A stretch of DNA of 64,000 nt from Octopus vulgaris (taxonomy: Eukaryota), in assembly GCA_951406725.2 (NCBI GenBank), contig OX597816.1, positions 140,306,001 to 140,370,000 on the forward strand. Direction: 5' to 3'. A program made the position numbers and the translations under genes. Under the pieces are notes generated by a model that saw only the letters and a list, made by a program, of their open reading frames with translations, ran no database searches and was not told the DNA's origin. Of this stretch, positions 21,796 to 34,475 are shown piece by piece; within the stretch, counting starts at the first letter, position 1, and each line of letters opens with the position of its first letter.

Positions 21796-23293
21796 GATGG
21801 AAGATGCTCTTCGTGAAAAAGTACCAGGTGTAACAATTCCATTTTGGGATCCAACTCTTGACAGTCATCTTTCTAATCCTCGAGATTCCACTATGTGGTC
21901 AGATGAGTTAATGGGAACTATCAATGGTTTCGTCACCAAAGGGGCGTTTGCTAACTGGAAAACACCAGCTGGTACTCTAATAAGGAACGGGGGTTTCAGT
22001 ACAAGGTTACCGACAAGTAGTAACATCGAAGATGTTCTCACTCGAACGAAACTCGAAGAGATCTCTGAACCTAATGCGCAAGAACGATATAACTTGGAAT
22101 TCCTGCATAATTCTATGCATGTTGTTATTGGAGGTCACATGGGTTCGGTACCATCATCACCCATGGACCCAATTTTCTGGCTAGTCCACAGTTACATAGA
22201 ACTTGTCAACGCGCGTTTCAATGAAAACCAAAGGCGACACAACGTTAATCCCGCAACAGATTATCCTTCGGATTATGGTTTAAATGTTTACGCTCCCAAT
22301 CAAAGTATTGGTCTTATGAATTTAACCGTTTTAGAGGCATTAAGAGAAACTGAAAGTTACACTAATATTTACAAATATGACTATAGTTACTTGGGAAACT
22401 GTGCTCTCAATCCAAATTTATGTAATTCTCCATACCTAACCTGCAATAATGGTAGATGCGAGTCGAAATCTAAAAACTCAACTCGTTGCAGTACTTTAAT
22501 TCCCTATCAGAATATGTTTTGTATCAACCGTAGATGCGATGTAGATGAATGGGCATTTATTCCGGTTGAAATTATTTACGAACGACCTTTCGACACGATG
22601 AAATTTGGAAATTTTCCTATTAAAAATGGTCTGCCGAATTTGCTGAATGATCTGTACGATGATAATCAACCCCTAAATTCCTCGTCCGGTAACTCAACTG
22701 GAAATAATTGTCAAAACAGTAAGTGCTGTGGTCCAGCAGGAAGACTCAACGTGCAAGCTAGTGGTATAAATTATTTTGGAACCTATCAAGAAATGGTGGT
22801 ACTTGACCGTAGATTAGCTGTATCATCGGATATCACCTATATCGGTATCAGAAACCCCGAAAGAAACGCCAGTGTAGTTTTTATTACAGCTTCAGAACAA
22901 TGTGGAAGAATATGTCGTCCTTCTTGTTTAGTGCCGGGTTCAAATCCACCGAGATACACACCATGTATAGGACTGTTGAACGTAACACGTAACAATGCTA
23001 CTATGTACGGTAAAACACTCGCAGAAGCTTACATGAAAGTGTGGGATTATAGAAACCAGATACGACCGAAACTGAGACATGAAAATATTCCAATAGTGTT
23101 CCATTGTGATGACAGCCGGTGGCCATTTAACAACAACACCAATACAACAACAACTGCATCACCGTCGACAAGAGCAACGACTACAACAGCGACAACAACA
23201 ACGACAACAACAACAACCACAACACCATCTACCACTGCATCTACAACAACACGTGTGTATTGGCCAATTAGACCGTCACCTAAAAGTAAGTAA
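21796..23293 (+). CDS. tyr: Tyrosinase-like protein copy 1, coding exon 3 (CuB site, Cys-rich C-terminal region, Thr-rich tail)
   Basis: ttttag|G ATG; TIPFWD; LEFLHNSMHVVIGGHM...DPIFWLVHSY (CuB). Spliced CDS 336+113+1498 = 1947 nt = 648 aa plus stop. Confidence 0.95.
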
Positions 23294-23717
23294 TAATGGA
23301 CTTCGTTATCGTCTGTAATTGTCAGCATCTGCTCTTGTTACGGGGTTGAGGGTAGGCCAGTGTGGATCATATTAACATTTGTGTCTTTGTAAGTGTAGTT
23401 CTAATGTGCATATTGAGAGTAGTTGTGTAATACATATATAAAAATAGTTCTTGATTGTTTTGCACTATTTCAATATTTTGTTGCTCTTCAAGCCAAGAAA
23501 ATATTCGACAATTTCTCATACAGGCATTAAGCTCACCAGTAGGTGTGGGAAATAGCATCTTTTGGGGAGAATTTCTTTTAATTATATAACAACGGTAAAT
23601 GCAGTGTGAAAATAAGAATCGTTTCAAATTTTGAATGAAGTAGTTACTCGATTATATTGACCACAGTATTACACTGCTACTTATGAAGATATATAAGATA
23701 GAGCTCAATTCGGCAAA

Positions 23718-23759
<42 letters not shown>

Positions 23760-23760
<1 letters not shown>

Positions 23761-23880
23761 AAGTCGCGTGGTCTTGTGGTTTGGGTGTTGCCAGAACATG
23801 GGTTCGATTCCCGGATCGGATGGTGCGTTGTGTTCTTAAGCAAAACACTTCATCTCATGTCGCTTTGCGGCTGGAAGTGA
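23760..23880 (+). mobile_element. Degenerate SINE 5' part, same family as 14047-14293 (copy ~41980-42100)
   Basis: gcgtggtcttgtggtttggg...gggttcgattccc...ttgtgttcttaagcaaaacactt. Confidence 0.65.
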
Positions 23881-24095
23881 CAAAATCGTTGGTGCATCGG
23901 CATAAATGCTTTACGGTATATTCTGAGTTCAAATCCCACCTGCGTGGAGAAAGTAATAAGAAACCACACCAGTCCGCATCCCAAGCCTAGTCATGGTAGC
24001 TGAAGTTCCAGTAATCAACTTAACAGCAGCAAGGGACGATACGGTTCTTCACGGACCATATAGAGAGTGTTGAAGAAGCTCATATGCACAAGACC

Positions 24096-24323
24096 GGCGA
24101 GCTGGCAGAAACGTTAGCACGTCGGGCGAAATGCGTAACCGTATTTCGTCTGCCGTTACGTTCTGAGTTCAAATTCCGCCAAGGTCGACTTTGCCTTTCA
24201 TCCTTTCGGGGTCGATAAATTAAGTACCAGTTACGCACTGGGGTCGATATAATCGACTTAATCCGTTTGTCTGTCCTTATTTGTCCCCTCTGTGTTTAGC
24301 CCCTTGTGGGTAGTAAAGAAATA
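24096..24323 (+). mobile_element. tRNA-derived SINE, near full length (copy ~42316-42543)
   Basis: ggcgagctggcagaaacgttagc (A box), gagttcaaattcc (B box), core gcctttcatcctttcggggtcgataaattaagtacc; followed by (TA)n. Confidence 0.85.
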
Positions 24324-24366
24324 TATATATATACATGTATTGATGCATATATATATATATGCATAT

Positions 24367-24470
<104 letters not shown>

Positions 24471-25756
24471 AGGGGCCATATCTACCTACATATATATAGC
24501 TGTTAGATAATTGTCCTGACCATGGACATAATGAAGCACTAGTTACATACGGCACAACTCGCCAAACTCTCATCATTTTTCACGGAGTATATAAGTACTG
24601 AAAAAGAGGAAATGTACCTAGGGTCATTCGGAACTTCATATATTCTTGATAAACACGACTACCAAGGCAATGTTATTTCCTTGTACCTAGCCTATAATCG
24701 CCTATTCATTCATGCAGCTCACCAAGACATTTTGCTTTGTAATGAATTTCAGTTGCTAAGTTTGTCTTTTCTCCTAATGTTTTTACTTCTCTATTGCAGA
24801 ATGCTACATCAACCAGAATTGTGCCATTGCCAAAGGATGTGACTGTATATCGATGGACAAACAGCCTTGCATACAAAAGTGTTCCCATTACGCTTTATGT
24901 GTATATGGCTCTTACATAGTATCTTCCTGTGGCTACGGTAGAAGGTATGAACCCTATTTAAGAAGATGCATCCCGGGACGTTGTCAACATTAAATGTAAG
25001 GCTGCTGACACTCTTATTAAGCAATATTCCCAACGAAATAAAAGATGAATTTTCTTCCACGTTTGACTTTTACAGAGTAATATTTAGAGGAGGACATTCT
25101 CCAACAGCATTACCTGAGTTCATTTCTAGATGAATGAGCGGGACGATGGATAATGATGTGAAAGTGAATTTGGAAATGGAGAATGAATGAACGAATGACT
25201 GAACGAATTAACGAATGAACGAACGAACGAGCGAGCGAGGGATCTCTGTGGGATCTGGTACTAGTTTTAAATAGAAACCTGTTGAACGAGTTTCTGATTT
25301 GCTTACTATTTTTTTTGTCATCATTCATTTTTCACAACATTTATTTTTTGTGTAAATACATCTAATCTAATATCTAAATAAAATCATAATAAACTCATAA
25401 AATTTCTTCTGAGTTTTTAATTATCTTACATGGAAGTGGCGAAAGTGATAAAAAGAATTTGGAATTAAATAAAAATATTGCCTTCTGATTTCTAATCACT
25501 CATTTCGGAAATTACCCAAACAAGTTAATCAGGATTGAAGCGATAAAATATTTAGTTATTATAAACATCTGATCGACGTATTATGTCCTGTCTATATCGT
25601 TGATACAAGACAATATTTGTATGTAGCGAAAGCATTAAACCTAAGAAAATTGTGTAATATTGGATTAAGTGTGCTAAATATTTGTTTTTGTCCCTCAAAA
25701 TCAAAATTCTAAACCTGCCAAAATTGGTATCTTATTTTTGTACTTGATAAAATAAC

Positions 25757-26221
25757 GGTTTCAAATTTTGGCACAAGGCCAGCAATTTTAGAGGTGGCGG
25801 CAAGGCGATTACATCGACTTCCCCAGTGTTGAACTGGTATTTATTTCATCGGCCCCGAAAAGTTGATGTAAGACAAAGTCATCTGCGGCGGAATATGAAC
25901 TCAGAACGTAAGGCCAGACGAAATGCCGTGAAGCATTTAGTCCGGCGTGCTAACGATTCTGCCTGCTCGCCGCCTTCTTACATTATCAAATAATTCTTTC
26001 TATATTAGACACAAGGCCTGAAATTTTGAGGTGGGTGGGGATGGGGTGGTTAAGTCGATAAGATTGACCCCAGTACTCAACTGTTACTAAATTTATCAAC
26101 CCCGAAAGGACCCCGAAAGGCAAAGATGACCTCAGCGGAATTCAAACTCAGAATGTAAAGACGGACGAAATGCCGCGAAGCATTTTGTCCGGCGTGCTAA
26201 CGATTCGGCCAGCTCACCGCT
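25757..26221 (-). mobile_element. Two tandem SINE copies (~25757-25975, ~26005-26221); copies ~43975-44439
   Basis: Reverse complements of the ggcggcgagctggc...gagttcaaattccg SINE; both are followed on + by ttcttacattatcaaa. Confidence 0.8.
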
Positions 26222-26237
26222 TTCTTACATTATCAAA

Positions 26238-26631
26238 TCTTTATATTTTTATATATAAAAGTAAGGTTGTGTGCTGTCTGTCTCCTACGATTTAGATTCA
26301 TAACTACTCCCACATTTTGCAGTGCAGTTTAACCAAAAGCGGGTATCTTATAGTCGTGATTCATATCGAGCCCTTCTGGGTATTAGCGCGCGTCTACGAT
26401 GAGTAAAAAAAATTACCATCAATTTTTCCCATTTTTAATGCAGTTTTGGCATATATAAGGGAAGTAACTCTCTAAAAATGTATTATTAAATCTCAGAACG
26501 TAAAAAGCTACAGTAACACTCTCCCCTTTGTGGTTAGCCATATTGAGATGGCTATTATACTTTACATCTCTAAAAATGCTTATATAGTTATTTCCCTTAC
26601 AAACCCGAGCAACGCCGGGCGATACTGCTAG
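26238..26631 (+). mobile_element. Non-autonomous Helitron (copy 44456-44849)
   Basis: 5' TC, 3' hairpin cccgagcaacgccggg then CTAG; inserted between A and T with no target-site duplication. Confidence 0.85.
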
Positions 26632-26774
26632 TAATAACATGAAATAATAAACTAGGATCACCTACATGACTTACCTTACATTTTCGCGTTACAGATATAG
26701 AGAGACAGGGAGAGAGAAAATTATCTAGAAAAACAGACAAACAGACAAACAGACAGACAAGCGGAGAGCAAATA

Positions 26775-27135
26775 GAATGTCATGCGATATTTCTTCCGAC
26801 TCTTTACGTTCTGGATTCAGTCACGTTGAGTTTGATTTTGTCCTCCATCGTTTCAAGGTAGATAAAATAAGAACAAGTCAAGTACTGGGGTCGATGCAGT
26901 CGACTAACCCTCTCCCTCTAAAATTGCTGGCCTTGTGTCAAAATTTGAAGCAATTAAAGGCGGTGAGCAGGTAAAAATCATTAGAGCATCGAACCAAATG
27001 CTTAGTGGCATTTCTTCCGGGTCTTTACGTTTTAAGTTCAAATATCACCCAGATTATCTTTGCCTTTCATCCTTAAAATATAATCGACTAACCACTCCCT
27101 CTAAACTCACTTGCATTGTGCCAAAATGTGAAACC
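26775..27135 (+). mobile_element. Two degenerate SINE copies (copy ~44995-45355)
   Basis: Repeated ttcttccg.ctctttacgtt, gtactggggtcgat and aattgctggccttgtg.caaaatttgaa segments. Confidence 0.6.
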
Positions 27136-27420
27136 TAGATAGATAGATATATAGATAGATAGATAAGTTTCTTTATTGGCCACACAGGGCTGCACACAGA
27201 TGGGACAAGTTACAAGGTAGAGCTTTTCTTTTGGGGGATGAAAAAAACAAAAGAAAAAAAAAGGGGTGGCGTAGGTTTTCGATCAAGAGGGATCGTAAAA
27301 GGGAAGAAAAGAACAAAAAAAAAATAAATAAATAAATAAATAAATAAAATAAAAAATAAAAAGAATGAAAAGAAAAAAAAGAAAAGGAAAAGGAACAAAA
27401 GAAAAGAGAAATGAAAAAGA

Positions 27421-27421
<1 letters not shown>

Positions 27422-27511
<90 letters not shown>
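27422..27511. repeat. (GATA)n microsatellite (copy ~45639-45720, shorter)
   Basis: Perfect tetranucleotide run. Confidence 0.95.
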
Positions 27512-27512
<1 letters not shown>

Positions 27513-27853
27513 GCAAACAGGCAGGCAGATAGGGAGAGAGTTTAATTCAGTCAGATAATGTCATTAAGCTCAACATTCAAAGTTTCCACGTGTAAATGTA
27601 ACATGCGTTGTTAGTCAACCATGATGCAGCTAAGATTGTTGAAAATAAAAACAAAAAAGAGAAGATATTTCAGCAGATGGACGCATACTTTTTATTTGCT
27701 TGCACGATAATGTTTTGATACCGTGTGACTTTTAATCACTGATCAACGAAATGCAAACACTTTGTAAGGTTTGGTGAGGCAAGGGGGGAAAAAATTAAGG
27801 AGTCTGAGATAAAAGATATAATCTGATGTCAGCATACATATTCACGTTTACGA

Positions 27854-27886
<33 letters not shown>

Positions 27887-27890
<4 letters not shown>

Positions 27891-28256
27891 AAAGTGAGGC
27901 TGTGTGGTGTCTGTCTCCTATGATTTAGATTCATAACTACTCCCATATTTTGCGGTGCAGTTTAACCAAAAGCGGGTATCTTATAGTCGTGATTCATATC
28001 GAGCCCTTCTGGGTATTAGCGCGCGTCTACGATGAGTCTACGATTTAAAATTTAATTCCTTTTTTTTTTTTGCTATTATATAAGGGAAGTAACTCTCTAA
28101 AAATGTATTATTAAATCTCAGAACATAAAAAGCTACAGTAACACTCTCCCCTTTGTGGTTAGCCATATTGAGATGGCTATTATACTTTACATCTCTAAAA
28201 ATGCTTATATAGTTATTTCCCTTACAAATCCGAGCAACGCCGGGCGATACTGCTAG
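27887..28256 (+). mobile_element. Second non-autonomous Helitron of the same family (copy ~46094-46491)
   Basis: Near-identical to 26238-26631, ending ccgagcaacgccgggcgatactgCTAG|T. Confidence 0.8.
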
Positions 28257-29467
28257 TAATATATAAATCCCGTCCTGTCTGTCTGTTTTTTATGCGCTTA
28301 TAACTCGAGTATTGTTCATCCGATCACGCTGAAATTTTAAACATGAATACACGAGAGAGTGGGGCGTTCTGTAATCTAAAAAGATTTTCAAAATTGTCAG
28401 TTTCAAAGTGAGAATCGCTATTTTTGTAATATTTTTGTCCTGTTTCTTCCGCCATCCTGTTCATTAACCGACGTTCTAAACAATTCATTTCTACATTTTC
28501 ATATTTAAATGACAGTTATATTTAAATAAAGCTTGCTATTTGTTAATACAGTCTCATTTTGATTTAAATATTAGTCCACGAACAACGGTACTCATTTCTG
28601 CGTTTTCCCGTTTTTGTAAGCAGCTACAAAAAAATCGATATCACTCTAACTTTAATTAACTGTAATCAACCACGTGCATTCGCGGTCAAATGTGTTCTTA
28701 CAGTTGTTTTTCGTGCAATAAACCAGCTGACTTGATAAACTACTAGGAAAAGACATTACTTTAAGTGAGCAAAAAAAGTGAAACTAAAGCAAATAAATAA
28801 CTGGTGATTACTCAGTTTTCTGAAGATATTTTCGACAATATTCAATTGAAAATAGAAAAGACTAATTGATTGCTTATAAAACGTGAAAAATTTGATGGGG
28901 TTACATCTAAAACCTTGCCTAACATTTTTCACTCAACTTTTTGAGATGAAATTGATTTGCAAAGAATATGCCTTATGTTATTTTATTGCACATTGTGATA
29001 TTTCACCCCCGAGTTTCAACTCTTTTTTCGTTAGTTTTTGAGAGAAGAGAGACTTCCCTAAGCTTTTTTGCGCCTTTATTGAGTAGCAGTTTTTGACCGC
29101 GAATGCACATGGTTAATTACAGTTAATTAATTTGAACGCTTTGAGAACGGCGAGAGAGACAGGGAAAGCCGTTTACACTTGAAGGAAACCAGGCCAGAAG
29201 TGTTCTCAGAGTTTATGCACAATGTAAGATTCCAATAATATTTTTGAGTAAACACTATCTGGGAGATTTTTCTTATAGTAGAAGAAATGGCTAAAAAACT
29301 TTTTGGCTGCTATTTCTAAAAATTTCAGTATGTGGTGAAGTAAATTATTTTACTGAGCCCTAATTATATAACGTAATATTTTGAACATACCTTGAATGGT
29401 CCTTTTCCATACTGAACACTACTTGGTGAAATTAATTAATAATTAATTGATTTTACCCCTTTATTAT

Positions 29468-29543
<76 letters not shown>

Positions 29544-30101
29544 CCGTGTATAAATTCTGTACTTGGAACGACCAATTTTAAATACTGTTGATCTTATTCA
29601 TAAGGTATTGGAATCTTACATTGTGTATAAACTCTATATTTGGAATGAATAATTTTAAATGCTGTTGGATTTTTCTCATAAGGTATTGGAATCTTACATA
29701 TATACCATTCTGCCTAAAAAATGGATCTACAAATTCAACATCCCTACATATCTCACATCTATTTTCTTTCCTCCACCTCACTCTCTATTTTGTATCCCAT
29801 CTAAATTAATTATTAATTAACCATCATGTCACACCATCTCCGATTAAGGGATATAATTAATAAATACCCTGGAAACAGCTGTAATACTTTCTATCTATAA
29901 ATGTTCTAATATCTACACAGCCTTGTTTTTTTTTAATCACATTTCGCAAAAACTTTTATTTACACACGCTGACATATGACCAACGTTGAACCCCTTATTC
30001 GCAAAATCACCGAACCTGGAACTTAACTATGGTCTGTCTATACCACTTATTCAGCATTACCTGACACCTTTGGGTCTCAATGACACCATTACCTCTTATA
30101 A

Positions 30102-30137
<36 letters not shown>

Positions 30138-30619
30138 GGGACAAAGTACTAAAGGAAATCTAACCTCTCCTCAGTTGTTGGTTGTTAATAACTCCCTATT
30201 TCGAGCTTTCAGCAACAAGATAGAAAATCTTCATAAAACAGCAGCATCCAGAAATTTTAAAGATATATAATTTGTGGAGAGATAGGGCTTCGGACGAACA
30301 AACAGCATCAGAGTGGACGTACAGAGTAAATAATCGACGAAGACAAACATTAAGGGCCGTTAGGCCAATGCACATTGTGATGGGCAACGCTTGGGAGAAA
30401 TTTTGAAAGGATATAGAATAGATACAAGAGAAGAAAATAGTAGAAGGGAAAAAAAGAAAAAAAATTGTTGGGAGGCGCGAAAAATGAAGTGGAAGTCGCC
30501 ACCAAAAAAGGCAGAAGTGAGAGAAATCGCCTGTAGTCACGTGTGTGTATGTTTGCTTGTATGTGTGTGCGTGTGTGTGTGTGTGCATGTGTGTGCATGT
30601 TTGTGCGTACATGCATACA

Positions 30620-30665
<46 letters not shown>

Positions 30666-30696
30666 AATATATATATACATATATTTGCATATATAT

Positions 30697-30856
30697 ACGA
30701 CGGGCTTCTTTCAGTTCCCGTTTCCAAATCCACTCACAAGGCTTTTGTCGCCTAAGGTTACAATAGAAGACACTGGCTCTAGGTGCCACGCAGTGAGACT
30801 GAACCTGGAGCCATGTGGTTGGGAGGCAAGCTTCTTATCACACAACCAAGCCTATG

Positions 30857-30858
<2 letters not shown>
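30697..30858 (-). mobile_element. tRNA-derived SINE, third family (copies ~48957-49119 and ~60131-60297)
   Basis: Minus strand ggcataggcttggttgtgtgataagaagcttgc...ggttcagtctcac...gaaactgaaagaagcccgtcgtatata. Confidence 0.8.
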
Positions 30859-30954
<96 letters not shown>

Positions 30955-32080
30955 CATATATATGCATATATGGGTGCAGGGCGTTACCAATTGTAATCAA
31001 CATAAAGTAGGAAAACAAGAGTGTTAAATACGCAAACAACGAGAGAAACAATTGAAAACATGACAAGTAACACAAAGAATGACCCTTCATCAGTTGTCGG
31101 TTGTCTATTTACGCCTCGTTTCGAGCATTCAAAGATAATATGAGTCTTCGAAAACAGTTGCTCCCATAACTTCCAAAATAAATTTTGGATTTTATGTAGG
31201 GTCAAAGTTGGGAACAAAAACAGGACAGTGGAGACATACAAGGAAACCAAATAAAAACAAACATTGAGGGTCATTAGACCAGAACGAGGGGTAAAATAGT
31301 GAACGCTGGAAAAATATTTCCTTTGAAAAGAGAAGAAATAGAAGACTCCAGTCATCAGAACGTCGTGTAAGAAAAGAAAGATGGTCCAGAAAGATGGACG
31401 ATGGTCACGTATGAACAACGAGAGAGAGAGAGAGAGAAAAGGAGAAAGAGGGATGTGGATGTGTATGTTTTGCTTGTACGGTGTGGTGGAGGTCGGGCGG
31501 CTCTCAATTGACCAACCGTGCGGAAGATAATGATAATTTTAAATTCAAATCCAATAGTGTATTTATGTCATAAGTAAAATTACTAACTGGAACCCGGACA
31601 TATATCATTTTAAATTCAAATCCAACAGTGTATTTATGTCATAAGGAAAATTACTAACTGGAACCCAGACATAAATATATACTGCTCTGGATCCTAATGT
31701 AAGCGTTATTAATAATATTATGAATGATAATAATGATAACATTAATGATATTGACAACGATAATGATGTTAACTTTAATGACGCTTTAGAAATTAGTTTG
31801 AAGCAATATAATGTACTATTGACTATGTATATTTGCATCTAGGTACTAATTTGTGTATGTTTATTATCACAATATTGAGTCGAAAAACTGAGACATTGGA
31901 TGTAGAACACATATATATGTTTACTTATTTATATTATTTACTTATATCATTATGTATATGTATATTTTTATATGTATAAGAGTGTGAGTATATGCACTCA
32001 TATGTATATGTATATGTTGTATTATGGGTATGCACCCACACCCATGTGGGTATATATGTAGACTGATTTATATTACATAA

Positions 32081-32205
32081 TCTCCGAAGAGGCCTTATGA
32101 TATTTTTGTAAATGTCTCATTTATATATATATATTGACCTACCATAAAGAGCTAATATTGGTAAAATGAGACATACTTATCTACATGGCCGAAATAGCTG
32201 TAAGA
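32081..32205 (+). ncRNA. Hammerhead-like motif with ~100-nt stem II, copy 1
   Basis: tct-CCGAAGA-ggcc...ggcc-GAAA-tagctg-UA-aga; U4C core variant and a short stem I. Confidence 0.45.
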
Positions 32206-32630
32206 CGAAATTTATACTTATATTTATATTTACTTATATTTATATTCTCTTTTATATATATTCTACTTATTATACAACATTACTTTTTTATGTACACTTT
32301 TTTATGTACATTCATTTATGTACACTGATTTGTTCTGCTTTTATATCTAACCCTACAGTCTCTTATGTGGTGGTTTAATAAAGTATGAGATTGAGTATTA
32401 TATGGAGATTGAGTATTATATGAAGTGTTTTGCTCAAGAACACAACGCGCCGCCCAGTCTAGGAATCGAAACCACAATCTTTCGATCACGATGCTGACAC
32501 CCTAACCACTAAGCCACGCGCCTCCATGTCATTGTAAGGAAAAAAAAATTGTTAATATTCTTCAGACATATTGACGCAAATATATATATTTTTTAACCTT
32601 TAAGCCTGCTGTAGTTTTTTCACTTTTTAC

Positions 32631-32668
<38 letters not shown>

Positions 32669-33111
32669 ACTTGTTTCAGTCTTTTGACTGCGGCCATACT
32701 TTTAACAGAACCAATTTTACATTAATCAGATTGGTTACACAATACTTTTGTGGAGCATAAATTTATTATTCTTAAACAAAAATATTATTGACAGTGACTT
32801 CGAAATTTCGGTCATCGTCGAAGATGGCTTAGCTGCCCGAAACTTCGAAGACTCTACCAATAATATTTTTGTTTAAGAATAATAAATGTATATATATTAT
32901 ATACATATACAGTCTCCGGACTACCTCCTCCTTTCTCTTTTCCCTCCTCTCTAGAATTCTCCCTTTATCCGACGATGAGCCATGCTCGAAACATCGTTTC
33001 TACTCCTATTTTTCATCTAAAACTTTAAATCTAATATATTCACAATGTACGTTTAATTGAGTCTTGTTGGTTCTTCCTGTATTTTTTATCATTTATTCGC
33101 CTATACATACA

Positions 33112-33182
<71 letters not shown>

Positions 33183-34158
33183 ATATTCATATACATGCCA
33201 CTTCATTTCTGCATGATGTGTGTGGATGCGTATGGTGGGATTTGCATACATACTGAATGTTATGTTGTAAACAGCAAACAGTTATTTTTGAAAGTGTGTT
33301 CGACAAAATCGGAGTAAGAGCAATGGGACTACCTAATCGAAATCTACTGATCTAAGATATGACCAACCAGTTGAACCCAGAGATGGACATTTCGATTAGA
33401 AGTTCGCTCACTAGACACATACATTAGAAAAACTGATATCAAGAACAATAACATCGCTTTCACTAAATTCCTTCGAGCATGTACCCACATGTTAATAATA
33501 CAGGAGAGTAGATCACCAATAGATTTGGCTTTATGAAAATCATACTGGTGGTCATTGAAGGGAGACACAAATTGAAAGTATTAAAAGACGATGTTTTTTT
33601 TGTTGTTTTTTTTTACTTCAGTCAGATGAGTGTTTTGCTAAAGTAAAAGTTAAACTCAAAATACTATTAGAATAGAGTTCTGAGCTCAAAATTCAAACTT
33701 TGTATCCAATGTTATACATAAAATAAGCTCATTTTGAATATTAATGTTTTCCTCAGAAAACCCCGAAATAATGTGTTTTTTGTTAACTAACAAGTTATGC
33801 AAGTCGACATGAATTTTACTTATTGTACAGTATTTCACAAAAGATATGTTACAACGCACATTATATAACAAGGTGAAACTTCCGTGATCGACAACATATG
33901 CACATGTGTAAATGCAGCACGTGTTCTGTCAAGTGATAATAACAATCACAGAAAAGAATTTTCGAAAATTAATTCAAGAGGAATAAACAAAGAGATATAA
34001 TGTAAAAAAATCGTAGGATTGGCCGCCTGGGTGGAGAAAAAACAGAAAATGTATATAATTAGACAGTTGCCTATAATTAGATACTGCATATAACAATAGT
34101 TGTTGAATAAATTAAATCGATGTGCAATATATTCCCACCTTACGTTTCAAAAAATTTC

Positions 34159-34234
34159 TATATATACTGAGCTAACTCGATCACATACCACTCTCAGGTT
34201 AACTTATCCTGGAAGCACACAGAAACAAGTGAAG
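34159..34234 (+). promoter_or_regulatory. Putative TATA-like box and non-coding first exon of tyrosinase copy 2
   Basis: Same as copy 1; AAG|GTAAGT at 34234/34235. Confidence 0.5.
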
Positions 34235-34405
34235 GTAAGTGACTTACACTGTTATGACATTTCGATACAGCAGTAATACTTAAGGTGTAATTCAGGCATG
34301 GGCAACCTATTTCCAGAAGCAGACTGCATGAGATGGCTCATTTTCAGGCGGGCTGCACAATCAAAAATTCCAAGGTAATTTTTCGTTAAAAATCAGCGCC
34401 GAGAA

Positions 34406-34475
<70 letters not shown>

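Noticed and set aside
21797-23293. The 498-aa ORF as a stand-alone protein or haemocyanin unit
   Set aside because: It lacks CuA and a signal peptide, which the upstream exons supply; it is a single unit without the Cys-x-His thioether motif.
31537-31672. ~65-bp direct repeat, and the 22-bp repeat at ~29598/29677, as a CRISPR-like array
   Set aside because: Only two copies each, eukaryotic context, no cas genes; simple local duplications.
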